From: an uncultured Acidobacteriota bacterium
GTDB lineage: Bacteria > Acidobacteriota > Terriglobia > Terriglobales > Acidobacteriaceae
Length of the DNA stretch: 64,000 nucleotides
Assembly (NCBI GenBank): GCA_963716405.1
Contig: CAVQTI010000014.1
Span: 350,885 to 414,884 of the forward strand
Direction of reading: 5' to 3'
Shown here: positions 40,526-49,137 of the stretch, piece after piece
Layout of the letters: each line of letters opens with the position of its first letter
How positions within the stretch are numbered: the first letter of the stretch is position 1
The notes under the pieces: model-generated
What the model was told of the DNA's origin: nothing
The model's input: only the letters and a program-made list of their open reading frames with translations
Database searches by the model: none
Translations under genes and position numbers: made by a program

Positions 40526-40557
40526 GGCGCGAAGAGATTCGCGCCTTTCGCTTTTTC
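40526..40557 (+). terminator. rho-independent terminator after the BON-domain gene
   Basis: GGCGCGAA-gaga-TTCGCGCC is a perfect 8-bp stem, followed by TTTCGCTTTTTC. Confidence 0.75.
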
Positions 40558-40648
40558 GGATGCGACATTCCGGCAACACCAAATCTAGAACCCGACGCGA
40601 TCATCAGGTTCATTGGCGCAAGCATTCCTAGTGGGCGCTACCACTCTG

Positions 40649-40745
40649 GTAGCGCCGGCGTCCCGCCGGCTGTCGTGGGGGCGTCCCGCCCGCACCAGGC
40701 GAGGGCAAGATGCTCTCGCGACAGCCGCCGAGACGGCGGCGCTAC
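40649..40745. repeat. Family A repeat, full copy (inverse orientation relative to 484-580)
   Basis: GTAGCGCCGGCGTCCCGCCGGCTGTCG-TGGGGGCGTCCCGCCCGCA-..-CGAGGGCAAGATGCTCTCG-CGACAGCCGCCGAGACGGCGGCGCTAC. The inner hairpins are in the opposite order to the copy at 484. Confidence 0.85.
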
Positions 40746-40785
40746 AAAGAACGGGTGCCCGTCACCACACGGGCATTTATATCCC

Positions 40786-41314
40786 TCAGCTTGTTTGTTG
40801 GTGGATGTGGTGGGTGCTTTGGCCGGTTTTCAGGGCGTAGGCCATATAAAAGACTACGGCGAGATTAATCAGCAGAACGGATACGTGGAACAGACTTTGT
40901 TTGTGAATCAGTTTGTAGATTTCAAAGGGGAGATACAGCAGTGCCGGAAATCAGGGCGATCCATTCGGCCCAGGCTCGCGCGTACCAGAGTCCGTAGGCT
41001 TCTATGAAGCGCAGAACGGAATAAGCGAGGGCGGCGGCAGCGACTGTCCATAATTTTGCATTGGTGAGCGAATCGGCCCAATCGAGGAAGACTTGCGCGA
41101 AGTGATGATCGGGGCTGATGTGGAGAAGCCGCAGCAGACCATCGGCAATGTCCCAGGGATCTTCGCGGCGCACCACCAGAAGAATGCCCACTGCGGCCAG
41201 CAGTACGATCATTCCTTTCGTGACCTCCAGCGTGGCGATCCCGCGAAGCACCTGCAGGTTCGTCCTATACCTGTCACGCGCGGTCAGGATTTTGGTGTGC
41301 ACGATAGAGTTCAT
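40786..41314 (-). pseudogene. DUF2127-family membrane protein, reading frame broken once
   Basis: ORF 40922..41314 ends ...EWIALISGTAVSPL*. The +1 frame continues LLYLPFEIYKLIHKQSLFHVSVLLINLAVVFYMAYALKTGQ to a stop at 40786-40788, which is the expected C-terminal helix. Confidence 0.6.
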
Positions 41315-41321
41315 TAAAGCA

Positions 41322-42110
41322 TTATCTCCCGGGCTGCAGACTCAATTGTTGCGCGGCGGTAAAAATCCCGTCCCGAATCAGTAGTGTACTCACTAACGAG
41401 GTTAGGCCGGAGGCCGCGAAAATCATAGCTAACACCACGAATTGATAAATCGCCGCATACACCGGACGGGCTCCTGAGAGTAACATCCCAGCCATCAATC
41501 CGGGAATCCATACGATGCCGAGAGAGCGCAGCGAGTCGATGGCGGGGATCAAGCTGGATTCGAATGCAGCTTGCACATATGGCGCGACGCTGTGTTTGGC
41601 GTCAGCTCCCAAAGCCAACGCGGTTTCGATTTCGCCCGCGTGGGCAAGAACGTCGGCGCGAAAACGGTTGAGAGCCAATCCGTTCGTGTTCATAGCGTTC
41701 GTAATCAACATGCTCCCTACCGGGACCAGCGAAGTGATGGCGGTATCAATCACGCCAAGCCAGGTCATAATCGCGATGACCGAGCCGGAACCAAAAGCAA
41801 TTGACCATGCGGAGACACGAAACGCGCCCGGCATCCCTTTAGCCCGGCGGGCTGAAGTTGCTCCGGCGGCGATAATCATGGCGGCAAGCAGAAAGATGCT
41901 GGTCCAACGGGGCGCACGCAGCAGCAATAGCAAAATCGAACCCACAGCAGTAATTTGGATGATCCCTCGAAGCATCGCGACCAGCGTTTCGCTCTCTAAA
42001 TGTATTCCGCGCCTGTGAGCCAGCAAAACCACGACCATGGCGGCAATTGCCGCGACCAGGGCTTGCGCTAAGACCAAGGACAACTGATTGCTGAACAGCA
42101 GCTTAAGCAT
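41322..42110 (-). CDS. fetB: iron-export-type ABC permease FetB (UPF0014/YbbM family)
   Basis: 262 aa, polytopic, paired with a YbbL-like ATPase gene that overlaps its start. Confidence 0.7.
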   Translation of the reverse strand: MLKLLFSNQLSLVLAQALVAAIAAMVVVLLAHRRGIHLESETLVAMLRGIIQITAVGSILLLLLRAPRWTSIFLLAAMIIAAGATSARRAKGMPGAFRVSAWSIAFGSGSVIAIMTWLGVIDTAITSLVPVGSMLITNAMNTNGLALNRFRADVLAHAGEIETALALGADAKHSVAPYVQAAFESSLIPAIDSLRSLGIVWIPGLMAGMLLSGARPVYAAIYQFVVLAMIFAASGLTSLVSTLLIRDGIFTAAQQLSLQPGR

Positions 42111-42795
42111 GGAGCACCTCGCTTATGGGACCATTGCGGGTTACGTGTCCGGATTCGAGCATTAGGGCGCGCTCAGCCAGACGCGCGGCTTGGGCGGTGT
42201 CGTGGGTGACCAGGATGCAGGTTAATCCCTGGTCGCGGACGATGGTTTGGATCGAAGCTTCAACCTCACGCTTAGATGTTTCGTCGAGCGCTGAGGTAGG
42301 CTCGTCGAGCAATAAGACCAGCGGCGAATTGGCCAGGGTGCGAGCGACAGAGACGCGCTGGGCTTCGCCTCCGGAGAGATTGGCGACGTTTCGGCTGGCG
42401 TAGCCTTTCAGACCTACTTGGCCCAGCAGTTCCTCGACAGAGTCTTTGGACAAAGCCTCTCCGCGCTGCATCGGACCAAATTGGAGGTTCTGCTCAACCG
42501 TGCCGGGAAAGAGAAAAGGACGCTGGTTGACCATGCCCAACTTTCGGCGTAATTCGCGTGGCGCAATCTGGCGGTAGTCCGTGCCTTCGAGGTAGACAGT
42601 GCCGCTGGTGGGCTCATCGAGGCGATTCAGCAGCCTGAGCAGAGAACTCTTCCCCGAGCCGCTGGGGCCGACAATGGCGAGGACCTCGCCGGTTTGCACG
42701 TCGAAATTGATGTCTTCGACCAGAATTTTCTCGTTGACCACGCGGCCCAGGTGCTCGGCTTGCAGGATGGGATCGGAGGTGGGCGAGCGGGTCAC
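42103..42795 (-). CDS. fetA: ABC transporter ATP-binding protein FetA (YbbL-like)
   Basis: Walker A GPSGSGKS, signature LSGGEAQRVSVARTL, Walker B LLLDEPTSALD. The probable start is GTG 42795. The longer listed ORF (to 43056) runs through a repeat and into the upstream gene. Confidence 0.75.
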   Translation of the reverse strand: MTRSPTSDPILQAEHLGRVVNEKILVEDINFDVQTGEVLAIVGPSGSGKSSLLRLLNRLDEPTSGTVYLEGTDYRQIAPRELRRKLGMVNQRPFLFPGTVEQNLQFGPMQRGEALSKDSVEELLGQVGLKGYASRNVANLSGGEAQRVSVARTLANSPLVLLLDEPTSALDETSKREVEASIQTIVRDQGLTCILVTHDTAQAARLAERALMLESGHVTRNGPISEVLHA

Positions 42796-42874
42796 GGGGA
42801 TGTCGTCGAATGTGCTCCGGCCTACTGCGTATCGCGGAAATGCCTTACCACATTCATCTGGGTACTGGCTGCTC

Positions 42875-42929
42875 GGGGTTCTTCGACTCCGTGAGCCGCT
42901 TTGCGGCTCACTCCGCTCAGAATGACAAG
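42875..42929. repeat. Family C repeat, single arm (GGTCCTTCGACTCC..hairpin..CGCTCAGGATGACAA type)
   Basis: GGGGTTCTTCGACTCC-GTGAGCCGCtttGCGGCTCAC-TCCGCTCAGAATGACAAG. The internal 9-bp stem is perfect. It matches the arms at 62706-62908. Confidence 0.8.
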
Positions 42930-42931
42930 TA

Positions 42932-43903
42932 TTAGGCTTGGGCGCGGACGGCGGCTCGCAACTCTTCCACGATTTCGCTGGCAGCTTTGCGCGCTTCTTT
43001 CTGTTGCGTGACTTCGAATGAAATGGCGCCGACGCGGGCGTGGCCGCCGCCGCCATAGCGCTCGCAAATCTTCGCCAGGTTGACCACCGGCTCCGACGGC
43101 GCCCATGGATTCGATCCTACGGAAACTTTTACCCGAAAAGTGCTTTTGCTCAAGCCCACGCTGTAGATGGATTCAGGGTGCAGATAGTAAGGGACGAACT
43201 TGTTGTAGCCCTCGAGTTCGTGGTCCGTGACATCGAAGAAAATCGTGCCGTCTTTCGATTCGATGCGATCGCCGAGAATAGCCATGGATCGTTGATGCCG
43301 TTCAAGCAGCGGCGGCAGGAGCGATGCGACGAAGGGTTCTTCGATAATTTCCCCCAGAGACTTAGTCGCAAGCAGTGGAATAAGTCGGGGGACAAATCCG
43401 TGAGTCTGGTTCGATTCGATGATCATGGTCAGCTTCATGGCCGGGGCTTGCATTTCGACCGCGGTGCGGGCGTCGGCATACTGGGCGCCGTCAATGATGT
43501 CGGTCCAATGCACCAGGTCGGCTAAAGGTTTGGGATCGAAGCCGAAGCGTTGCTCGGCAATGGTGGCGATGAAACTGGTGCACGATTTGAAGTCCGGGTC
43601 GTAGAATTTGCGGTTGCTCTGATCCTGTTCAAAGTGCGCCGCGTCGGCTGGCGATAAAAACGCGCTTTCATGATGGTCGAACCACCAGGTGATTTTGGGC
43701 GAGCTGGAATATTTGAAATCCACGATGGCGTTTTCGTCGCCGTCAAAATTGTTCTCGTCGAACAACGCACCAGCGCGGTGGAGCAGGCCGGAGAAAACGA
43801 ACTCCACATCGCCGCGAATCCGTTCACGGTAGAAGCGCGAGAAAAGCGCTGCGGATGAAGCTCCGTCAAAACATTTGTCGTGATAGAAAACCCGAACTCT
43901 CAA
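42932..43903 (-). CDS. DHH/DHHA1-family phosphoesterase
   Basis: 323 aa with a TTG start. The N-terminus reads RVRVFYHDKCFDGASSAALF with a DHH motif (FDHHES), and the C-terminus contains GGGHARVGA (DHHA1 GGGH). Confidence 0.65.
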   Translation of the reverse strand: MRVRVFYHDKCFDGASSAALFSRFYRERIRGDVEFVFSGLLHRAGALFDENNFDGDENAIVDFKYSSSPKITWWFDHHESAFLSPADAAHFEQDQSNRKFYDPDFKSCTSFIATIAEQRFGFDPKPLADLVHWTDIIDGAQYADARTAVEMQAPAMKLTMIIESNQTHGFVPRLIPLLATKSLGEIIEEPFVASLLPPLLERHQRSMAILGDRIESKDGTIFFDVTDHELEGYNKFVPYYLHPESIYSVGLSKSTFRVKVSVGSNPWAPSEPVVNLAKICERYGGGGHARVGAISFEVTQQKEARKAASEIVEELRAAVRAQA

Positions 43904-44166
43904 GCCTGTCTCCCCTCCCGGCCAGAATCAGACAGACTACCCGAAACCGGGTGTGAATCAAAAACAAATAGCGAGGGCGGCGGCTTCTCAATTTCGGCAA
44001 ACTTGTCCCTCACGGGTGTAAAGTCCTTGTCAAAGCAATGTTAAGGGATAAGTCTGGGTACGCGCGATTCACGCCTGCGAAACAACCTCGCTGAGGACAA
44101 GCTTTTCCTGGGGATGGACGGTTGTGCTATCCATCTCAGACCTTGAGAGAAATTATTCTTCGGTGA

Positions 44167-44619
44167 TCAGGCGTTGGCCTGTTTTTCGGCCATATCGCCG
44201 ATCACCGGCAGCTTCCACATTTGTCCCTGATTGGCTTTCATCAACAGCATAACCCAGACAATCAGCAGCCCCACAGAGAGGACCAACCAGAGCAGCAAGG
44301 CAACCAGATGCCCCAGAATCGGGATAAACGCCAGTACAGCAGAGAGAATGATGAAAGCAATCCAAGCTACCACTGCAGCTACATGCAGAAAAATGCTCTG
44401 AAAAGCGTGGAAGCGTACGAAGCGGTTTTTGTTGTAAGGCTCGATCACCAGAAACAGAATCGCCGGAATAATCGTCACGTAAGCCAGCATTCCAGCCACG
44501 TTGTCAGACATCCCTCCAGCCGTAGATGTAACCGGCGGTGCCGCGGCAGCCCCCGAATGTGCCGGACACATAGTGGAACCATCCGCGGTTTGAGCGCCAC
44601 ACACTGTACAGAATGCCAT
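44167..44619 (-). CDS. zinc-ribbon + DUF4870-like membrane protein
   Basis: From ATG 44619 the protein reads MAFCTVCGAQTADGSTMCPAH, followed by three hydrophobic helices (MLAYVTIIPAILFLV...). Confidence 0.55.
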   Translation of the reverse strand: MAFCTVCGAQTADGSTMCPAHSGAAAAPPVTSTAGGMSDNVAGMLAYVTIIPAILFLVIEPYNKNRFVRFHAFQSIFLHVAAVVAWIAFIILSAVLAFIPILGHLVALLLWLVLSVGLLIVWVMLLMKANQGQMWKLPVIGDMAEKQANA

Positions 44620-44817
44620 AAAGTCACCCCCCCGAAAGCAATGGTCTGAAATAAAGGACGCGCGCACGTTAGCAGAAATAGAGCGTCAAGGCAATGGAAA
44701 TCGCAATAATTCCTGCTGGAAAATCAAGCGTTTGATGGAGATAAAAAATGATGTGACGTTTATACGCTGATACTTCCTGTGAGGTTGGTGAAACAGTGAG
44801 ATTACGTCTTTAGACCC

Positions 44818-46155
44818 CTAATGGCCCGGCTGGGAGCTAAATGTCTCAGGAGGATCTAAAAAGCAGCGGCGCCAGAAGGCTTGATCGGAGAGCGCACCGG
44901 CTTTCCATTGCTGCAGGGTAGGCAAGGTTGCAGCCGCCATTCCTCCGTCTTCCGAATCGAAAATCAGCACCACTCCGGCGGCGCTGGTTGGGGCTTGAGT
45001 TAGTTCGGCGTATTCTTTGCCGAAAAGCGATTTGGCGAATTCGAGCTTGGCTCGCGAACCGGTGTCAGTTGTGCCCGCGCTGGCGTTTTGAACGGTTAGA
45101 ATTTTCACCGTCTTTCCGCGAAGCGGTTCCCAGGTGCCGGGGAAAGAGGCAATCTCTTCATTCTTCACCTGAAAATTTTCCGCGTTGGCTTGCGCCGGGG
45201 AATTTTCACCTTTCGCTTCGGACGCGAAGTTACTCGGCATTTCGACGCCCGAGCGCCGCATCCATCCGCGAGACAGGCCCGAAATCCGCACGTGCACCCA
45301 GTTCGCATTCATGTCCAGAATTTCGAATTCATCTTCCGCGGTTGCGAGAAATAAAACTTTGGCGCCTTCAATCGGATTTCCCAGCACCGGCGTGCCCGAC
45401 TTCTTGACGGCGACCAGGTTTTTGGGGTGCGCTTGATTGCGCAGAATTTCCTCCAATCCTTTCGCTTCTTTGGTCAGGTCCTCCATGTGTTTATCGGCGA
45501 CTGCCTTCTGCGTGGCCAAGGAGGCCGCGAGATCGGAGTTAACCGGATTACCCATCTTGAAAGGAGAATTTTCAGGCATTGGTTTGGAAGACGCGAGCGG
45601 GGCGCTTGAAATCGCGTCGCCAGGCTGGGGGGCGGAGATGGTTGGCGTGGACGCCGCCGGCTTGCTCTTAAGCTGCGGTGGTGGCGAATTAACGGAGGCA
45701 TTCGCAGCGGGCGGTGAGCCAGTGCTGCCGAGCGCATCCTCGAGGCGATCGAGAAAATCGGTTTCCAGGCGGCCGTTGGAAGGGAGTTCCAGGTAGCCGG
45801 ATTTCGATGAAGCGGGATCGGCATACCACGCAGTTATTTTCGTGCTAACCCGCACTGTCGCGCCGCCGGATGGAGTTGAAATCACCTGCACCGCGCACTG
45901 ATAATAGCCACGCTGGAAGCGATCTAAAGGTCGATCGCCGGGACGAGTGAAGCCATCCAGTGTAGGCAAACGTCCCGAGGCCGAAGACTGCAACTGCCTC
46001 AGAGTTTTTTCTACTGATGCCTTGGATTGCGAAAACGTGCGCTCGTAGGGAGCGCTTTGAGCGGCACTGATGACAGCCAATGGCATCGTCGTAGCCAGCC
46101 AGAAAATGAGAAACCAGAGCCAGTGCGAAGCTGCAATCAAATGGATTCGCCTCAT
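44818..46155 (-). CDS. hypothetical exported protein with SH3b-like domain
   Basis: ATG 46155 overlaps the upstream stop as ATGA. It has a signal/anchor (HWLWFLIFWLATTMPLAVISAAQS) and an SH3b-like stretch, VLFLATAEDEFEILDMNANWVHVRISGLSRGWM. Confidence 0.55.
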   Translation of the reverse strand: MRRIHLIAASHWLWFLIFWLATTMPLAVISAAQSAPYERTFSQSKASVEKTLRQLQSSASGRLPTLDGFTRPGDRPLDRFQRGYYQCAVQVISTPSGGATVRVSTKITAWYADPASSKSGYLELPSNGRLETDFLDRLEDALGSTGSPPAANASVNSPPPQLKSKPAASTPTISAPQPGDAISSAPLASSKPMPENSPFKMGNPVNSDLAASLATQKAVADKHMEDLTKEAKGLEEILRNQAHPKNLVAVKKSGTPVLGNPIEGAKVLFLATAEDEFEILDMNANWVHVRISGLSRGWMRRSGVEMPSNFASEAKGENSPAQANAENFQVKNEEIASFPGTWEPLRGKTVKILTVQNASAGTTDTGSRAKLEFAKSLFGKEYAELTQAPTSAAGVVLIFDSEDGGMAAATLPTLQQWKAGALSDQAFWRRCFLDPPETFSSQPGH

Positions 46156-47105
46156 GGCAGCGGCTCCAGTTGATCGTGACGAATCCATCCGTGCTGTCCA
46201 TCCTCAGTTTCGACGCCGAACCAGTAGGGAGTCGCAATTACAATCACGACTTCGGCACCGGTATCCAAAGATTTCAAATTCGAGGCCGTATGAAACGGAG
46301 CGGATTTAAGTTGCGCCCCGGGAGCCTTAATCACCCGTTCGGCTTGCCGGCGAAGCTCCTGGATATGCTGTTCCAAACCTTGCACGGAAGTTTGCGCCGT
46401 GGCCAGAGCCAGGGCCTCATCCTCTTCACTTTTGCGCTCGAGAGCCCGCTTGGCCAACTCTTCCTGGCGCTGTTTTTCGCCCTGCTTAGCCTGACTTTTC
46501 TGCAGTTCGAGCGCGTCAACCTGGTCCTGAATATCTTTGTACTCGGCGCTTTCAACGCTGCCATTGGATTCATGCACGGTACGCCTGAAATCTTCGGTGA
46601 ATACGGCATCGATGCGCAGGATGGTACGATTTGCATCACGGCTTTGCACCACATAGCGAACCGCGAGCGTGCCTTCGTCGCCGGTTTCCTTGAAATTCGC
46701 CGGAGCCAAAACCTTGGTGCGTACTTTGTAAAAAACCGTGCCCGGGTCTTTCCACTCAGGAAACAGTGACGATGAGGAGACCAAATTGGCGCGTTCGACG
46801 TATTTGTCTTTGTTGTATTCGAAAGTGCCTTTGATGATGCCGTCGTCTGCGACAGCCTGCACTGCCTGCAAGACCTCGCTCTCCGGAGCATCGATCTCCG
46901 TGGAGAACGTCTGACCAAACTGTTCTTTTTTGTGTTCGCGGCCATAGAGCGGAACGACTGCTATGGCAAGCCAGAAAACTGAAAGCAGAGCGACGGCTAA
47001 CCTGCGGCAGGATGGGGCCCGCTGCTTTCCGGCGAACGACGGTACACTGTCGCTGACGATGCCGAGAATCTCTACCCTTCTACCGATGTTCCACATGCAC
47101 TTCAA
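46152..47105 (-). CDS. hypothetical membrane-anchored protein with coiled coil and C-terminal SH3b-like domain
   Basis: 317 aa with an anchor (LAVALLSVFWLAIAVVPLYG), a charged coiled coil (QKSQAKQGEKQRQEELAKRALERKSEEDE) and a C-terminal stretch AEVVIVIATPYWFGVETEDGQHGWIRHDQLE. Confidence 0.55.
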   Translation of the reverse strand: MKCMWNIGRRVEILGIVSDSVPSFAGKQRAPSCRRLAVALLSVFWLAIAVVPLYGREHKKEQFGQTFSTEIDAPESEVLQAVQAVADDGIIKGTFEYNKDKYVERANLVSSSSLFPEWKDPGTVFYKVRTKVLAPANFKETGDEGTLAVRYVVQSRDANRTILRIDAVFTEDFRRTVHESNGSVESAEYKDIQDQVDALELQKSQAKQGEKQRQEELAKRALERKSEEDEALALATAQTSVQGLEQHIQELRRQAERVIKAPGAQLKSAPFHTASNLKSLDTGAEVVIVIATPYWFGVETEDGQHGWIRHDQLEPLP

Positions 47106-47426
47106 TGGCTGAGCGTCCAGGGATTGGACGGGTGAATCTTAACATGCTCAGATCTTAAGCTCGATCCTCATACTCTATCGACCGGCGCTGGCTGTCAACT
47201 TCCCGACTGTGTTTTTCTCAAATTGATTTTTCGAATATAGCAGTGCGGCAGGATTTGTCTGCACCCCAGAGTGATGTAATTTACAAAACTTTTCAAATAC
47301 CACTCATGGTTCGGCAAATAGAAAAATAATTGTTATTCACAAGATTCTGACGCGGGCAACCCTATCAATGGTTGTTAGGTTCTGATCAGTTTGTTGCATA
47401 GCAAGAATCGTTTTTCTGGTTTTTTC

Positions 47427-47454
47427 TTGACACTGCTCTAACGAACATGATAAT
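47427..47454 (+). promoter_or_regulatory. candidate sigma-70-type promoter for the cyc2-like/oxidase operon
   Basis: TTGACA (47427-47432), a 16-nt spacer, then GATAAT (47449-47454), inside an AT-rich stretch of about 620 bp. This would give a leader of about 265 nt before ATG 47725. Confidence 0.35.
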
Positions 47455-47724
47455 TACTCCCTCCACGCGCACTTTACAGGGAATGGATGGTTTAACTTGC
47501 AATTTGGCTTTAGGGGAAACCAGATGACTGCTCCTGAGGTGCGTGTCCTCGGCCCAAGTAGGGCGGACTTTCTGTTTTTTCCGTCATCTGGTCAAATGCG
47601 ACCGTTTTCAGCGAACTCTAACCGACAACAATAGATTCAGTAACCATGCTTCGTCCGTTCGTTGTGGCGTCTATGTGATTTGGCATTAATTTTTGCGGTT
47701 GAGATTTCGCATTCAGGAGGAGTG

Positions 47725-49125
47725 ATGATCTCGTCCCGGAGAAATTTTGCGGGTAGCTTGTTGCTGCTGGTGCTGGTGCTGGGCTGCTTCCAAAATGCTA
47801 ATGCGTTGCCCGCCTTCGCCCGCAAGTATGGTTTGCGTTGTTCGGCCTGCCACGAATCGTGGCCAATGCTGAATTACTTTGGACAAAAGTTCAAAGACAA
47901 CGGTTATCAGCTCATGAATGATCGGGATTCTCCGGTCTGGCAGAATCCTTCGTACTGGCCCGTCACCTTCCGTATGACGCCGTCCTGGCACCGCGTCAGC
48001 GGCGCCAGAGTCGCCGAAGATTCGGTACCAGGCGATGCAACCTCCGCCACAGTGGAAAGAAGGGTGACCTCGACCGGCTTCGACTTAAGCGGTCTCGACT
48101 TGCATACCGGTGGGACCCTGGAGAAGAATATTTCGTTTTTCCTGTTGCCTTCTTCAGACAATACCGGAGCTTTTCACTTTGAAACGGTCATGGCTCGCCT
48201 TGACAATCTCTGGGGCAGTTCCTGGTTCAATGTGAAGCTGGGTAAATTTGAGCTGGACAACCTGCTTTCCGAAAAGCGCATTCTGACCTTGACCGGGAAT
48301 GGCGGAGTTTATCAGACATATCACTTCATTCCCGTGGGTGATAACAATATTTTCGGCCAGATCGGCGACAATCAGCTGGGCCTCGAGTACATGGGACATT
48401 CGATGGACGACCGGACGCGAATTTCCGCCGCCCTTATTAGCTCGAGCGACGGTAACGTGGGCCTGGTCACCGGGGCTAACTCTTACACCGGGTTCTTTAC
48501 CGGGAGCCAGGCTTTTGACGCGGGCAAACTGGGTGTGGAGCGCATTGGTTTCTACGCCATGGTAGGACAAGCAGCCACGTTCTATCAGACCGCTGGCGGG
48601 CTGCCGATCCCCGGATCGGGAATCGGTAATAAAAGCTTCAGCCGTGTCGGCTTCGTCGGACAATTCTACTTCGGCCCGCATTTCGACATCCAAGTCGTAA
48701 CCCAACACGGCTCCGATAACGCGTTTTTTGGACAAGGTTTTGGCAACGCCACGGACCCCAGCAATGGATCGACGGCAAACGACCTGCCGAACGCTACACC
48801 GGGAACCGTTCTCCCACCGACAGCTCGTGCGCCTAGCTGGAACGGTGCCACTTTCGAAGCTCATTATGTGTACAGCCCGCAACTGATATTCATCGGGCGC
48901 TTTGAGTTGGAAAGAATGTCGCAGCAAGCCAACACGACGAATCCGTCCAACTTGGGGAATATTACGACTTACACCGTTGGCTACCGCTACAACCCGTTTA
49001 TGACCAGCCGAGCGGGCTTCGCCTGGCACAACGAATACAACTTTCTGCACCAGGACCTCACGTCGTTCTACGGCAACAACGTAAACTCGAGCGAATTGTT
49101 ACTCGGCTTCGACTTCGATTTCTAG
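47725..49125 (+). CDS. Cyc2-like fused monohaem cytochrome c / outer-membrane beta-barrel protein
   Basis: ATG 47725 follows AGGAGG. The signal peptide (LLLLVLVLGCFQNANA) is followed immediately by LPAFARKYGLRCSACHESWPMLNYFGQKFKDNGY, which holds the single CxxCH. About 430 aa of alternating beta-strand-like sequence follow, ending in the OMP-type terminus LLLGFDFDF. Confidence 0.7.
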   Translation: MISSRRNFAGSLLLLVLVLGCFQNANALPAFARKYGLRCSACHESWPMLNYFGQKFKDNGYQLMNDRDSPVWQNPSYWPVTFRMTPSWHRVSGARVAEDSVPGDATSATVERRVTSTGFDLSGLDLHTGGTLEKNISFFLLPSSDNTGAFHFETVMARLDNLWGSSWFNVKLGKFELDNLLSEKRILTLTGNGGVYQTYHFIPVGDNNIFGQIGDNQLGLEYMGHSMDDRTRISAALISSSDGNVGLVTGANSYTGFFTGSQAFDAGKLGVERIGFYAMVGQAATFYQTAGGLPIPGSGIGNKSFSRVGFVGQFYFGPHFDIQVVTQHGSDNAFFGQGFGNATDPSNGSTANDLPNATPGTVLPPTARAPSWNGATFEAHYVYSPQLIFIGRFELERMSQQANTTNPSNLGNITTYTVGYRYNPFMTSRAGFAWHNEYNFLHQDLTSFYGNNVNSSELLLGFDFDF

Positions 49126-49137
49126 AGAGGAACAGCG

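Noticed and set aside
42796-43056. N-terminal 87 codons of the listed fetA ORF (42103..43056)
   Set aside because: This stretch overlaps the 3' end of the DHH gene and reads through the Family C repeat (peptide CHSERSEPQSGSRSRR). GTG 42795 gives a normal-length ATPase.
47320-47340. Fur-box-like AT-rich palindrome AAATAATTGTTATTC upstream of the cyc2-like operon
   Set aside because: Only about 9 of 14 positions agree with the 7-1-7 TGATAAT-n-ATTATCA consensus, and the background is very AT-rich. That is too weak to call without a position-weight scan and comparative data.
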